A stretch of 64,000 nt of DNA from Terriglobia bacterium (lineage in GTDB: Bacteria > Acidobacteriota > Polarisedimenticolia > Polarisedimenticolales > JAIQFR01), in assembly GCA_963748015.1 (NCBI GenBank), contig CAVVHE010000005.1, positions 416,001 through 480,000 of the forward strand. The letters run 5' to 3'. This document shows, piece after piece, positions 32,783-42,765 of the stretch (position 1 is the stretch's first letter; every line of letters starts with the position of its first letter). Both the position numbers and the translations under genes were made by a program. The notes under the pieces are model-generated. The model made no database searches. It had not been told where the DNA came from and was given only the letters and a program-made list of their open reading frames with translations.

Positions 32783-32937
32783 GACGTTCGCAGCCGAACA
32801 CGACCCGCGCGGCACGCTGCGGCGTTGCGCGGCGAGAGTCGCCGCGCCGCCTTGCTCCGCTTTTCTCGCGGCCTTCTAGGGAAGAACCGGCCGCGAGAAA
32901 AGAGGGCCGCTTCGGGTCGTGTTCGGCTGCGAACGTC
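32783..32937. repeat. Dispersed structured element, family 1 copy B (inverted relative to A)
   Basis: Perfect 25-bp IR (32783-32807/32913-32937) around the reverse-complement core. Confidence 0.88.
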
Positions 32938-32990
32938 TTGTGACGTATGCAAGCGTCCTGCGGTTCCCGCTCTCGTCCATCGGAGGTGTC

Positions 32991-33836
32991 ATGAGCACCA
33001 GTGATCCGTGTATGGATTCTCCCTCGTACCGGATGGCGTACGAGGACGTGGACTTCCTGGGCCGCGACGAGCTGCGCTCCGTGAGGCTCGAGCTGGAGCT
33101 GCTGAAGGCGGACCTGGTGCAGCGCGAGCACGGGATCGTCTCGACGATCGTCGTGTTCGGCAGCGCGCGGATCCCGGAGCCCGCCGAGGCGAAGCGGTGC
33201 CTCGAGGCCGCCGAGGCGGCGGCGAAGGCGAGCCCCGGCGACGCGGCCGCGCGGGCGGGGCTCGAGCGGGCGCGGCGCATCGCGCGGAGCGCCCGGTACT
33301 ACGAGGAGGCCCGCGAGTTCAGCCGCATCGTCTCCTCCACCTGCCAGCTCGGCTCGCGCCGCGACTACGTGGTGGTCACCGGGGGAGGGCCCGGGATCAT
33401 GGAGGCGGCGAACCGGGGGGCGCACGACGCGGGCGCGAAGAGCGTCGGGCTCAACATCGTGCTGCCGCACGAGCAGCGGCCCAACCCGTACGTCACGCCG
33501 GAGCTGTGCTTCAGGTTCCGTTACTTCGCGATCCGCAAGATGCACTTCCTCATGCGGGCGAAGGCGCTCGTGGCGTTTCCCGGCGGGTACGGCACCTTCG
33601 ACGAGCTGTTCGAGACGCTGACGCTCATCCAGACCGGAAAGGTGCCCCCGGTACCTATCATCCTTTTCGGCCGCGAGTTCTGGGATCGCGCGATCCGTTT
33701 CGACGTGCTCGTGGAGGAGGGGGTGATCTCGGAGAGCGACAGGGAGCTGTTCACCTACGCGGAAACCGCCCGGGAGGCCTGGGAGACGATCTCGGCCTTC
33801 CACGCCGGGATCGATCATCGCATGCCGGAGATCTGA
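32991..33836 (+). CDS. LOG family nucleotide-binding protein
   Basis: FGSAR, TGGGPGIMEAANRGA, PGGYGTFDE; GGAGG RBS. Confidence 0.9.
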   Translation: MSTSDPCMDSPSYRMAYEDVDFLGRDELRSVRLELELLKADLVQREHGIVSTIVVFGSARIPEPAEAKRCLEAAEAAAKASPGDAAARAGLERARRIARSARYYEEAREFSRIVSSTCQLGSRRDYVVVTGGGPGIMEAANRGAHDAGAKSVGLNIVLPHEQRPNPYVTPELCFRFRYFAIRKMHFLMRAKALVAFPGGYGTFDELFETLTLIQTGKVPPVPIILFGREFWDRAIRFDVLVEEGVISESDRELFTYAETAREAWETISAFHAGIDHRMPEI

Positions 33837-33843
33837 CCTTCCT

Positions 33844-34965
33844 TCAGGGCGAGGGCGCGCGGCCGTCCAGGATCGCGAGCGCGCAGGAGAGCGCAGCGGC
33901 GGGAGAGATCCCCGCCATCAGCTCGCGCCAGCTCTCCGGCTCCTCGCGGCCGCTCGTCGCCGCCCCGCCGGCCGGCTCGGGGACGAGGCTGTAGCCGTTC
34001 GAGGCGTAGGGCCCCCAGCGCGCGGGCCCGTGGGCCGAGGAGGGGGGCTGGACGAGCAGCGTGGGCGTACCGAGCGCGGCCGCGAGATGCAGGGGGCCCG
34101 TGCCGTTGCCGATCGCGAGGGAGGCGGCCTGCACGAGCGCCGGCAGGGTCGCGAGGTCGCCGGTGAAGCGCGCCATGCGCCGGGTCGAGAGGTCGGCCGC
34201 GTCGAGGAGCCGCGACGTCGCCTCGTCGGCGGGACCGATCGAGAAGACGACGTGCACCCCTTCCCCGGCGAGCAACGTCGCGAGCCGGACGAAGTGCCCC
34301 GCCGGCCAGGGAGGGCAGGACGCTCCCCCGCTCTCCGGCCGGATCACCACGAAAGGTCTTCGGATGCCGTGCTCGCCGAGCCACACCGTCGCGCTCTCGG
34401 TGGCCGCCGCCGGGATCACGAGCGGGAAGCAGGCCGGGCCGCCGGGCGCGCCGCAGCGGTGCGCGTAGGCGAGCGCGACCTCCACCTCGTGGCGATCCCG
34501 CGCGGCGCGTCTCTCGTCCACGCGCCGCTCGAAGAGCGCCGAGTAGACCCGGCCCCCGGGACCCACCCGGTGCCGGATCCTCGCCGTGGCCGCCGCCCAC
34601 GGGACTCTCCCGCCGGCGGACATCGAGACGAACAGGTCGGCGCGGAACGCCTTCAGCATCGACGGGAAACGGCTCGCGTCCGCCGTGTCCTCGATCACCT
34701 GGTCTACACCCCCCACGAGGCGGGCGAGCGGCGCGGTGCTCGGGCGGACGAGGAGCCCGAGCCAGGCCGACGGATAGGCCCCCCGCAGCGCCGCTACGGC
34801 CGGCAACGAGAGCACGAGCGGTCCGAGCGGCTCCGTGCGGGCCACCAGGATCCTGCGCACGCCGGCGAATCTCTCGCCCCGCTCGCGGACCTCCTCCGCT
34901 CGCCTCGCGACCTGCTGCACACGCGCACGAGCCGGCACCCGACGTCCTCCCGGTAGCGAGAACAT
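33844..34965 (-). CDS. Glycosyltransferase family 9 (heptosyltransferase-like)
   Basis: RILVARTEPLGPLVLSLP, GNGTGPLHLAAALGTP, RWGP. Confidence 0.8.
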   Translation of the reverse strand: MFSLPGGRRVPARARVQQVARRAEEVRERGERFAGVRRILVARTEPLGPLVLSLPAVAALRGAYPSAWLGLLVRPSTAPLARLVGGVDQVIEDTADASRFPSMLKAFRADLFVSMSAGGRVPWAAATARIRHRVGPGGRVYSALFERRVDERRAARDRHEVEVALAYAHRCGAPGGPACFPLVIPAAATESATVWLGEHGIRRPFVVIRPESGGASCPPWPAGHFVRLATLLAGEGVHVVFSIGPADEATSRLLDAADLSTRRMARFTGDLATLPALVQAASLAIGNGTGPLHLAAALGTPTLLVQPPSSAHGPARWGPYASNGYSLVPEPAGGAATSGREEPESWRELMAGISPAAALSCALAILDGRAPSP

Positions 34966-35041
34966 AGACCCCTCGCGGCGCCGCGTCGAGTGGGCCTCAC
35001 GCGTCAGTCGGCCGGCACGCGACCGCCGCGAACCGGTCGGC

Positions 35042-35207
35042 CGGCACGAGGCCGCAGTGGACCCGGACCGTCCTCCCTCAGCACGCTCGCCGGTTCGCGA
35101 TTCGCCGCGCCGGCTCGCTCCGCTTTTCGCGCGCCGGCCAACGAAGAGCCGGCGCGCGAAAAGAGGGCTTCGGGAGGGCGGTCCGGGTCCACTGCGGCCT
35201 CGTGCCG
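35042..35207. repeat. Dispersed structured element, family 1 copy D
   Basis: 36-bp IR (35042-35077/35172-35207, one G-T pair) around GCACGCTCGCCGG...GCTCCGCTTTTCGCGCG...CGCGCGAAAAGAGGGC. Confidence 0.88.
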
Positions 35208-35280
35208 TGGGACGGGGTCCGTTGCCGGGACGAATGCCGGCCGGGATTTGCAGGCCGCTTGAAGCTAGAATCCCTTTCTC

Positions 35281-35991
35281 ATGAACCTGCACCTCGTCCT
35301 GTTCGATCTCGACGGCACGCTCGTGGACTGCGCGGGGGCGGGTCGCCGCGCGATCGAGGCGGCGTTCCGGGAGGTGTTCGACCTTCCCGACATCGAGGGG
35401 CCGTCGAAGCGTGTCCGCTTCGAGGGGAAGACCGATCCGGTCATCGTCGAGGAGATCGCGCGGGAGGCGGGGCTGCCCGGCGACAGCGTCGCCGCCGCGG
35501 AGGAAGCGTTCCGCGCCTCGTATCTCGCCGCGCTTCGAGCCGAGCTCGCCCGTCCCGATCCGCGGCGGCGCATCATGCCGGGCGTTCGCGAGCTCCTCGA
35601 CGCCCTCGGCAACCGCCCGGACGTCCTGCTGGGGCTCCTCACCGGCAACATCGAGGAAGGGGCGCGAGCGAAGCTCGAGCCGTTCGGCCTCAACCGCTAC
35701 TTCCCGTCCGGGGGCTTCTCCTCCGACCACCGGGACCGCTCCGAGATCGCCCGCCTCGCGCACGAGAAGACGTCGCGCCACGCCGGCGCCGTGATTCCTC
35801 CCGGCCGCGTCTCGGTCATCGGCGACACCGAGCTCGACATCTCCTGCGCGCGCGCCAACGGCTTCCGAGCCATCGCCGTCTACTCCGGCTGGGTCCCCCA
35901 CGACCGTCTCGCCGCCGCCCACCCCGACTTCCTCTTCGAGGACCTCTCCGACCTCCCCGCCGTTCTCACCGCCCTCGGCCTGCCTGCCTGA
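35281..35991 (+). CDS. HAD superfamily hydrolase
   Basis: FDLDGTL, LTGN, IGDT..D. Confidence 0.9.
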   Translation: MNLHLVLFDLDGTLVDCAGAGRRAIEAAFREVFDLPDIEGPSKRVRFEGKTDPVIVEEIAREAGLPGDSVAAAEEAFRASYLAALRAELARPDPRRRIMPGVRELLDALGNRPDVLLGLLTGNIEEGARAKLEPFGLNRYFPSGGFSSDHRDRSEIARLAHEKTSRHAGAVIPPGRVSVIGDTELDISCARANGFRAIAVYSGWVPHDRLAAAHPDFLFEDLSDLPAVLTALGLPA

Positions 35992-36027
35992 CCGGTGTCC
36001 CCCGCGTTTGGGCCTCGGTTTGCGGGG

Positions 36028-36183
36028 GGCGTTGCTTGCGGACGCAGGGCCCCCTCCCAGGGCACGCTCGCCGGGTCGCGATTTGCCGCGCCGGCTCGCT
36101 CCGCTTTCGGCGCGCCTGCTGCGGAATAGCAGGCGCGCCGAAAGAGGGCCCTGGGAGGGGGCCCTGCGTCCGCAAGCAACGCC
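36028..36183. repeat. Dispersed structured element, family 1 copy E
   Basis: Perfect 36-bp IR (36028-36063/36148-36183) with the same core as copy D. Confidence 0.88.
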
Positions 36184-36311
36184 GGTGGTCGAAGTCAACG
36201 GTTGGCGGATCCCGACGACGAACTACTCGACCCAGCGGCGCGATCGTGGAGTCGGGGTCAACACCACCAGGTCGGGGGGGCCGTCGTTCCTCCTCGCGGA
36301 CTGCGGCCTCA

Positions 36312-36477
36312 CGCCGGCGAGGGGTCCGGGCGCAGGACCGTCCTTCGGAAGCCCTCTTTTCGCGCGCCCGCTATTCCTCGGCGGGCGCGCGAAAAGCGGA
36401 GCGAGCCGGAGCGGCGGCACGCGAACCGGCGAGCGTGCTGACGAAGGACGGTCCTGCGCCCGGACCCCTCGCCGGCG
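36312..36477. repeat. Dispersed structured element, family 1 copy F (inverted relative to E)
   Basis: Perfect 36-bp IR (36312-36347/36442-36477); core GAAGCCCTCTTTTCGCGCG...CGCGCGAAAAGCGGAGCGAGCCGG...CCGGCGAGCGTGC. Confidence 0.88.
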
Positions 36478-36508
36478 CGCGACCGGCTTCAACGTGAGGA
36501 GGTGACCT

Positions 36509-37264
36509 TCACTTCAGCCCGCGCTGCTTCTCGGTGAGCTTGGCGTACTTGTAGAAGGTCTGCTCGAGGTAGCCGAAGGCGATGACGAAGCCGGCCCAGC
36601 CGTCGAGGAAGCCGAGGCGGAGGACGTAGATCTTGAAGAACGAGGCTAGGCCGTGCGCGAGCCCCTGCCCCATGCTCGCGCGGACACCGCGCGCTTCGAG
36701 GCGCTCGGCGCCGAGGGTCGAGTAACGCTGCCACTTGGCGATGCTCTGGGCGAGGTCCTTGTACGGGATCTGCCGGATCGGGTGCTCGAGACGACCGAGC
36801 GTGCCGGTGACTTCGTACCGCTCGTGCACGGGGTCCTCGAGGTAGCGGAGCCTCCCCTTGCGGAACAGCTGCGGCTGCCGGTAGTCGGGGTACCAGCCGG
36901 AGTGGCGGATCGGGCGTCCGAGGAAGCGGTTCCGCCGCGGGACGAGGTACGCGTCCGCGGCGTCGGCGCGGGCGACGGTCGCGAGGATCTCGTCGCGCGC
37001 CTCCGTGGTGCACCGCTCGTCCGAGTCGAGGCTGAAGATCCACTCGTGGGCGCAGCGCGCGACCGCCTCGTTCCTCAGCTTTCCGAATCCCTGGAACGGG
37101 ATCTGCTCGATCCGCTCGGTGTACCGCCGCGCGATCTCGAGTGTCCGGTCGGTGCTGAACGAGTCGGCGATCACGATCTCGTCGGCCCAGGTGATGCTCA
37201 GAAGGGCCTCCTCGATCTTGTCCTCCTCGTTGAACGTCAGGATGTAGGCGGAGATCTTCGGCAT
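36509..37264 (-). CDS. Glycosyltransferase family 2 (LPS core-type)
   Basis: ILTFNEE, DSFSTDRT, WIFSLDSDE, VHE, GFLDG. Confidence 0.9.
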   Translation of the reverse strand: MPKISAYILTFNEEDKIEEALLSITWADEIVIADSFSTDRTLEIARRYTERIEQIPFQGFGKLRNEAVARCAHEWIFSLDSDERCTTEARDEILATVARADAADAYLVPRRNRFLGRPIRHSGWYPDYRQPQLFRKGRLRYLEDPVHERYEVTGTLGRLEHPIRQIPYKDLAQSIAKWQRYSTLGAERLEARGVRASMGQGLAHGLASFFKIYVLRLGFLDGWAGFVIAFGYLEQTFYKYAKLTEKQRGLK

Positions 37265-37295
37265 GGCCTCCTCCTCGCGGCGCGCCAGGGACCCG

Positions 37296-38345
37296 TCACC
37301 GCCGGTATCGTAACTCGCGAACGCGTGCGCGGAGCGTCTCCCACGCGACGAGGGCGCGGAATCCCAACGCCTCGAGCGGGCCGTGCGCGCGCCCCTCCCA
37401 GGGGGCGGTCACCGGCGTCCGGGGAACGTAGCCGAAGCGGGTCTTGGGCTTGGCCCCCCACTTGCGGACGAACACGAGGCGCGCCTCGTTCTCCCTCCGG
37501 ATCCAGTCGGCGCTCTGCACGGACCGTCGCTTCGCGGCGGCGCCCTCCTCGCCGAACCGCAGGCTCGCCCCCGAGAAATGGTAGGGGGCGATCGACGGCG
37601 TCCTCACCAGCTCGGCGCCGCGCAGCTTGAGCCGGAGGAAGAGGTCGGGATCGTGGTAGGGACCGGGGAAGCGCTCGTCCGCCCCGCCCACCGCAAGGAA
37701 CAGGCTCCGCTCGATGAAGAACGGGTAGTTCACGCCGGGCGCCAGCGTCCCCAGCGGCAGCTCCTCGTGAAACGCGTCGAGCCGGTCGAGGTCGAGGCGC
37801 TCGGGGTCGGATCCGAGATCGAGGGGGTAGCAGCAGTCGGCCATGTGGCGCCCGGAACGCGGCGCCTCGACGGCGGCGGTGCTGAGCACCCGCCCCGGGG
37901 ACAGGAGCGAAGCGGCGCGCTCGCGCCACGTCCGGGGAAACGCCATGTCGTCGTTGACGACGAACAGCCACTCGCCCGAGGCGAGCTCCACGGCGCGGTT
38001 GAGCGCGCGGGTGATCCCCACGTTGCGCTCCTCGTAGCGGGCCGAGACCGCGAAGCCGGCCCGGGCGAGGCGTAGCTCGGAGGCGGCGATCCCCTCCGCC
38101 GACGCCGCCCCTCCCCCGTCGCCGTAGACCGCCACCTCGATCCCCGCGGGGTCGGGGGTGCGCAAGAGCGACCGCACGCAGCAGGCCAGGTGGCCCACCG
38201 CGCGATAGGTGGTGATGACGATCGAGATGGCGGGGCGGATCCCGGTTCCTCCGTCTCGACTCGGGACAGCAGGGATCAGTTGTCGTCGTACAGGTGGAAC
38301 TCGAACGGCTGCGGCCTCGGCCTCATGAGCTCTCTCTCGCCTCAC
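37296..38345 (-). CDS. Glycosyltransferase family 2 (start uncertain)
   Basis: ISIVITTY, NVGITRALN, VNDD, DPDLFLR. Confidence 0.78.
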   Translation of the reverse strand: MRRERAHEAEAAAVRVPPVRRQLIPAVPSRDGGTGIRPAISIVITTYRAVGHLACCVRSLLRTPDPAGIEVAVYGDGGGAASAEGIAASELRLARAGFAVSARYEERNVGITRALNRAVELASGEWLFVVNDDMAFPRTWRERAASLLSPGRVLSTAAVEAPRSGRHMADCCYPLDLGSDPERLDLDRLDAFHEELPLGTLAPGVNYPFFIERSLFLAVGGADERFPGPYHDPDLFLRLKLRGAELVRTPSIAPYHFSGASLRFGEEGAAAKRRSVQSADWIRRENEARLVFVRKWGAKPKTRFGYVPRTPVTAPWEGRAHGPLEALGFRALVAWETLRARVRELRYRR

Positions 38346-39042
38346 GAGCGGCGCGGAGGATGATGGACCCGAACATTTCCCTCGTCAACCTGCCGGTCTG
38401 CGTGTTCTGACGGCTCGGGTGATAGGAGCCGAGCAGGATCACCGGCCGCCTCGGAAGGCGCAGGGCGACCCGCGTTTCGGCGCCGTGGGCGAACGCCGGC
38501 CTCGGCCGCGGGACCGCGCCGGCGCCCGCGGCCCGGGCCTGGCGGATCACCGTGTCCCAGGCGATCTTGCCGAGAGCCAAGACGACGCGAACCTCTTCGA
38601 GGAGCTCGATCTCGCGCTCGAGAAACGGGGCGCAGGAGTCGAGCTCCGCCGGCAAGGGCCGGTTCCCCGGCGGAGCGCAGCGGCAGGCCGCGGTGACGAA
38701 CGCGCCGCGGAGGGAGAGGCCGTCGTCGCGCGAGACGGAATCGGGCCCGCTCGCGAGGCCCGCCTCGTGCATGGCTCGCGCGAGCCACGTCCCGGACGAG
38801 TCCCCGGTGAACATCCTGCCGGTGCGGTTCGCCCCGTGCGCCGCGGGCGCCAAGCCGACGATCAGGACGCGGGCCGAAGGGTCCCCGAAGCCCGGCACGG
38901 GAAGTCCCCAGTACGTCTCGTCGCGGTACGCGCGGCGGCGGACGCGGGCCACCTCGATGCAGTGGGCTCGAAGGCGCCGGCAACGCGTGCACCCGGCGAT
39001 CTCTCGAGCGAGCCGCTCGAAGGGGACGCGGCCCCTCATCAC
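38323..39042 (-). CDS. udgB: Uracil-DNA glycosylase family 5 (4Fe-4S)
   Basis: CTRCRRL, GLAPAAHGANRTGRMFTGD, CAPPGNRP, YHPSRQN. Confidence 0.9.
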   Translation of the reverse strand: MMRGRVPFERLAREIAGCTRCRRLRAHCIEVARVRRRAYRDETYWGLPVPGFGDPSARVLIVGLAPAAHGANRTGRMFTGDSSGTWLARAMHEAGLASGPDSVSRDDGLSLRGAFVTAACRCAPPGNRPLPAELDSCAPFLEREIELLEEVRVVLALGKIAWDTVIRQARAAGAGAVPRPRPAFAHGAETRVALRLPRRPVILLGSYHPSRQNTQTGRLTREMFGSIILRAAREARESS

Positions 39043-40535
39043 CTCGCGCGGAGCACGGCGACCGACTGGCGGGCGGCCACCACGAGCTCGTCCCTTCCGT
39101 CCCGGTCCAATTCGGCCGCCGCGAGGTCCACGATCCCGGGCCAGCGCGCGCGCCAGACGATTTCCCGCTTCGAGAGGTCCACGAGCGTCAGGAACCCGCC
39201 CTCCGCGAGCGCGACCTGCGTGCCGCCTCCGGGAAGGAAGCGGCCCGCCGCCATCGCGGCCACCGCACGGGAAGCGGTCCCGAAGCCGGCGCCCGGGTCT
39301 TCCCCGGCGGCGAGCCTCGCGTGTCCCGAGGGCGCCGGCGCCGTACGGTCGATCCGTCCCTCGAGGTCGCTCGAGCGAATCGTCCCGTCGGCGCCGAGAG
39401 CGAGCAGCCGCGCCGCGGCGCCCTTGCCTGCCGGCCGCACCGCGAGGGTCTCTCCCGTCCCCTCGACGCGGCGGATCCGCTTACCCTCCCGGTCGGCGAG
39501 ATAGAGGCCATCCGCGGCCGCGAGGACGAGCGCCCCTTCCGGCCGGGCGGGCGGCGACGCGTCGATCACCGCGACGTCGAGCACCGGCGAGGGGGCCGTG
39601 AACGAAGTCGTCTTCCCCGTCCAGGGATCCGAGATCGCGATCTCGACGCTCCCCGGCCGGAAGCCCACGAGCTCGGGCTGGCCGTTCCCGTCGAGGTCGG
39701 CCGCCGCGAGCCGGCCGGCGGCGCTCGTGGACCGCAGGCTCCTGGCGGTGCGCCCGCTCGGCTCGAACAGCGCGAGCTCCGGCCCCGCCTTCACCGCGAT
39801 CCGGGTGGCCTCGCCGGGAACCGGGATGGCCGCGACCCCGCTCACCGTGCCTCCGAGATCGCGCGCCCAATCCACACGGAGCCGGCCCGCCCCGGCGACG
39901 ACCTCGCCGAGAACGCGGCGCGGCCCCGCGGGATCTTCCTCGAGCAGCTCGCGCACGCGCGACGCGACCGTCTTCTCGAGTCCGGGCAGCCAGCCGTCCC
40001 AGCGCTCGCGGATTCTCCCGCGCCGGTCCGCCAGGAGGAGGAGGGGGAGCTGTCGAGGACGGAAGGCTTCTCCGACCGCTGGGCTCCAGGCCCCGACCGG
40101 CACGGTCAGCCTCAGGGACGACGCGGTGCGGCGCGCCGTCTCGACCGGCTCGTCCACGTTGACTGCGATCACCGCGAGGCCGCGAGGCTTCTCGGCCAGG
40201 TAGAGCTCCTGGAGCCGCGGCAGCTCCTGCATGCAGGGAGCGCACCACGACGCCCAGAAGTCGAGCAGCAGCAGGCTTCCCTGCGCCTGCGCCAGCGGCA
40301 GCGATCCGCCCGTGAGGAGAGGGATCGAAATCTCGGGGAGCGGCTCGAACCAGGCCGGAGCTTCGAGCGGAGTTCCGGCCGCGGGGGTCTTCCCCTCCCC
40401 GGCGGGTAGATCGACGCTCCAGGCGGCCGCGCCGCTGCCCGGCGGATTCCACGTGAGGCGCGTCGGCTCGGGCTCGGCGGCGGCCGCCAGCGACAGCAGA
40501 AGCAGTACGGAAAGGGGAGCGCTCGCGAGTCTCAT
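39039..40535 (-). CDS. Secreted TlpA-type thiol-disulfide oxidoreductase fused to FG-GAP-like repeats
   Basis: Signal peptide, DFWASWCAPC, DLDGNG and ELDRDG repeats. Confidence 0.8.
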   Translation of the reverse strand: MRLASAPLSVLLLLSLAAAAEPEPTRLTWNPPGSGAAAWSVDLPAGEGKTPAAGTPLEAPAWFEPLPEISIPLLTGGSLPLAQAQGSLLLLDFWASWCAPCMQELPRLQELYLAEKPRGLAVIAVNVDEPVETARRTASSLRLTVPVGAWSPAVGEAFRPRQLPLLLLADRRGRIRERWDGWLPGLEKTVASRVRELLEEDPAGPRRVLGEVVAGAGRLRVDWARDLGGTVSGVAAIPVPGEATRIAVKAGPELALFEPSGRTARSLRSTSAAGRLAAADLDGNGQPELVGFRPGSVEIAISDPWTGKTTSFTAPSPVLDVAVIDASPPARPEGALVLAAADGLYLADREGKRIRRVEGTGETLAVRPAGKGAAARLLALGADGTIRSSDLEGRIDRTAPAPSGHARLAAGEDPGAGFGTASRAVAAMAAGRFLPGGGTQVALAEGGFLTLVDLSKREIVWRARWPGIVDLAAAELDRDGRDELVVAARQSVAVLRAR

Positions 40536-40588
40536 GTGCCTGGCGATTCTAACCAGGGATCCCGCTTCGCGCACGCGGACCGGGAACG

Positions 40589-40774
40589 TCAGACGCGGGC
40601 TTCGCTCGACCGCCAGTGCAGGAAGATCTCGAACGCCTTCGAGGTCTCGATCTCGACGAAGCTCCGGTAGACCTTCCGGCGCAGCGGGTCGATCTGGTAG
40701 GTCCGATTCCCGAAGTCGAAGTTGATGACGCCGTTCTGCGCTTCCGCCTTCCGACGAGTGCTCTTGCGTGCCAC
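40589..40774 (-). CDS. Small hypothetical protein (61 aa)
   Basis: GTG start after a GGAGGG RBS; coding-like sequence FDFGNRTYQIDPLRRKVYRSFVEIE; sigma-54-like promoter upstream. Confidence 0.65.
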   Translation of the reverse strand: MARKSTRRKAEAQNGVINFDFGNRTYQIDPLRRKVYRSFVEIETSKAFEIFLHWRSSEARV

Positions 40775-40823
40775 GCTGCCGCCCTCCATGCCGGACGCTG
40801 TCGTCGTCTTGTCCTTTTGTGTT

Positions 40824-40838
40824 TCAAATCCCGTACCA
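40824..40838 (-). promoter_or_regulatory. Putative sigma-54 (-24/-12) promoter
   Basis: Minus strand TGGTACG-GGAT-TTGA (GG-N10-GA), divergent from an NtrC-family gene. Confidence 0.5.
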
Positions 40839-41034
40839 GGAATTCGCGGAACGCTTCGACGCGGTTCGCGACCGCGGGAAACTCAATGGGAATGCGGTCC
40901 GGAGAGAGACGGCGCCGTCCTGGCCGCTTGTCCGGGGCCGCGAGACCATCCGCCAAGCCGGTCACCCTGGCGCGCCAAGGCGCCGCAACTCCGCCAATGT
41001 GGCCGGATCGCCGCCATCCTTATATGATGGGTGC

Positions 41035-42456
41035 ATGTCGAGCGCGCCTCCGGGAAGCAAGGCCATCCTGGTGGTCGTCGAGGCCGCGGATCTTCGCGAC
41101 CGGGCCACGACGATCCTCGCGCGCTCGGGCTATCAGCCGACCCCCGTCGAGCGGGGGGATGAGGCGCTGCCGATCCTGCTCGCCCGCCACCACGACGCGG
41201 TGCTGCTCGACCTCGAGATCCGGACGACGGACGCTTCCGAGCTGCTCCGGCGATTCCGCCGGGACAGCCCCGGCACGCCGGTGCTGGTGCTCGCCGATCC
41301 GGCGAGACTCCAGGCCGCGGTCCAGGCGCTACGCCAGGGGGCGGAGGATTACCTGCTCCGCCCACCCGACCCGTTCGAGCTGCGCACGCGGCTCGGGCGC
41401 ATTCTCGAGCGCCACGACCTGGACTCCCGCATCGCGCTCCTCCAGGGGGAGCTTTCGAAGAACCAGGGCCTCAAGAGCCTGGTCAGCCGGTCCCCCGCGA
41501 TGCAGGCGGTCCTCGACCGCGTGCTGCGGATCGCGCCGCTCCGGGCGACCGTGCTGATCCACGGCGAGAGCGGCGTGGGCAAGGAGCTCGTGGCGCGCTC
41601 GATCCACTTCAACTCGCCGAGGCGCGAGTACCCGTTCATCGCGCTCAATTGCGCCGCGATGCCGCAGAACCTCATCGAGTCGGAGCTGTTCGGCCACGAG
41701 AAGGGGTCGTTCACCGGCGCGCACGCCCGCGCCCGCGGGAAGTTCGAGATCGCGCACCGCGGGACCCTCTTCCTCGACGAGATCGGCGAGATGAACCACT
41801 CGACCCAGGCCAAGCTCCTCCGGGTCCTCGAGGAGAAGGAGTTCATGCGCGTCGGGGGCGACCAGAGCATCCGCGTGGACGTCCGCGTGATCGCGGCGAC
41901 CAACGCCGACCTCGAGGACATGGTGGAGCGCTCGCTCTTCCGCCGCGACCTCTACTACCGGCTCAAGGTCCTGATCGTCCAGGTGCCCCCGCTCAAGGAC
42001 CGGCGCGAGGACATCCCGGTGCTCGTCGAGACCTTTCTCGAGGAGTTGTCCCGCGCCAACGCCGTCCGTCCGAAGACCATCGTGCCGGAGGCGCTTTCCG
42101 CGCTCGTCGCCTACCACTGGCCCGGCAACGTGCGCGAGCTGAAGAACATCCTCGAGAGCGTCCTGGTGTCGAGCGCCGGCGACGTCATCCGCCTCGACGA
42201 CCTGCCCCCGTCGGTCCGACGGGAGAGCGCGACGTTCGAGAAGCCGGAGGTCGCGGTGGGGATGACCCTCGAAGACATGGAGCGGGAGCTGATCCGGAGG
42301 ACCCTCGAGCACACGGGCGGCAACCGGACGCACTGCGCCTCCCTCCTCGGCATAGGCGTGCGGACGCTGCAGCGGAAGATCCGCGGGTTCGAGATCGACG
42401 TCCCGTCGAAGCGGCGGCGGCCGCGCCGGCGCCCGGTCGTGGACGCCGGGCGTTGA
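41035..42456 (+). CDS. Sigma-54-dependent transcriptional activator (REC-AAA+-HTH)
   Basis: GESGVGKE, ESELFGHEKGSFTGA, LFLDEIGE, WPGNVREL, Fis-type HTH. Confidence 0.92.
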   Translation: MSSAPPGSKAILVVVEAADLRDRATTILARSGYQPTPVERGDEALPILLARHHDAVLLDLEIRTTDASELLRRFRRDSPGTPVLVLADPARLQAAVQALRQGAEDYLLRPPDPFELRTRLGRILERHDLDSRIALLQGELSKNQGLKSLVSRSPAMQAVLDRVLRIAPLRATVLIHGESGVGKELVARSIHFNSPRREYPFIALNCAAMPQNLIESELFGHEKGSFTGAHARARGKFEIAHRGTLFLDEIGEMNHSTQAKLLRVLEEKEFMRVGGDQSIRVDVRVIAATNADLEDMVERSLFRRDLYYRLKVLIVQVPPLKDRREDIPVLVETFLEELSRANAVRPKTIVPEALSALVAYHWPGNVRELKNILESVLVSSAGDVIRLDDLPPSVRRESATFEKPEVAVGMTLEDMERELIRRTLEHTGGNRTHCASLLGIGVRTLQRKIRGFEIDVPSKRRRPRRRPVVDAGR

Positions 42457-42556
42457 GGGCGGTCGCGAACGCCGTCGAGCGCGCCGCGGAGCGCGACGCG
42501 CTCGATGCGTCGCTCGAGTCGCGACGTCCGATTTCGCGCGACGACGATTTTCCATC

Positions 42557-42584
42557 TTGACTCTCCGCTGCGCTCCTTTATATT
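42557..42584 (+). promoter_or_regulatory. Sigma-70 promoter of lysine-rich micro-ORF 1
   Basis: TTGACT-16 bp-TATATT. Confidence 0.65.
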
Positions 42585-42644
42585 CGACGTCGAAGTAGAC
42601 CAACGGCTGCCGGAAGCGGCCGAAGAGAGGAGGTGAGATCCAAC

Positions 42645-42707
42645 ATGGCGACCAAGAAGAAGGCGGCGAAGAAGACCGCGAAGAAGAAGGTAGCGAAGAA
42701 GAAGTAG
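42645..42707 (+). CDS. 20-aa lysine-rich micro-protein MATKKKAAKKTAKKKVAKKK (histone H1-like repeat composition)
   Basis: Strong RBS GAGGAGGT, promoter and terminator; near-identical paralog at 50612. Confidence 0.78.
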   Translation: MATKKKAAKKTAKKKVAKKK

Positions 42708-42765
42708 GCTTCGAAGAACCACGTGGGGCTTCGGGCCCCTGACTCGGAAAGAAAAAAGATCTCAA

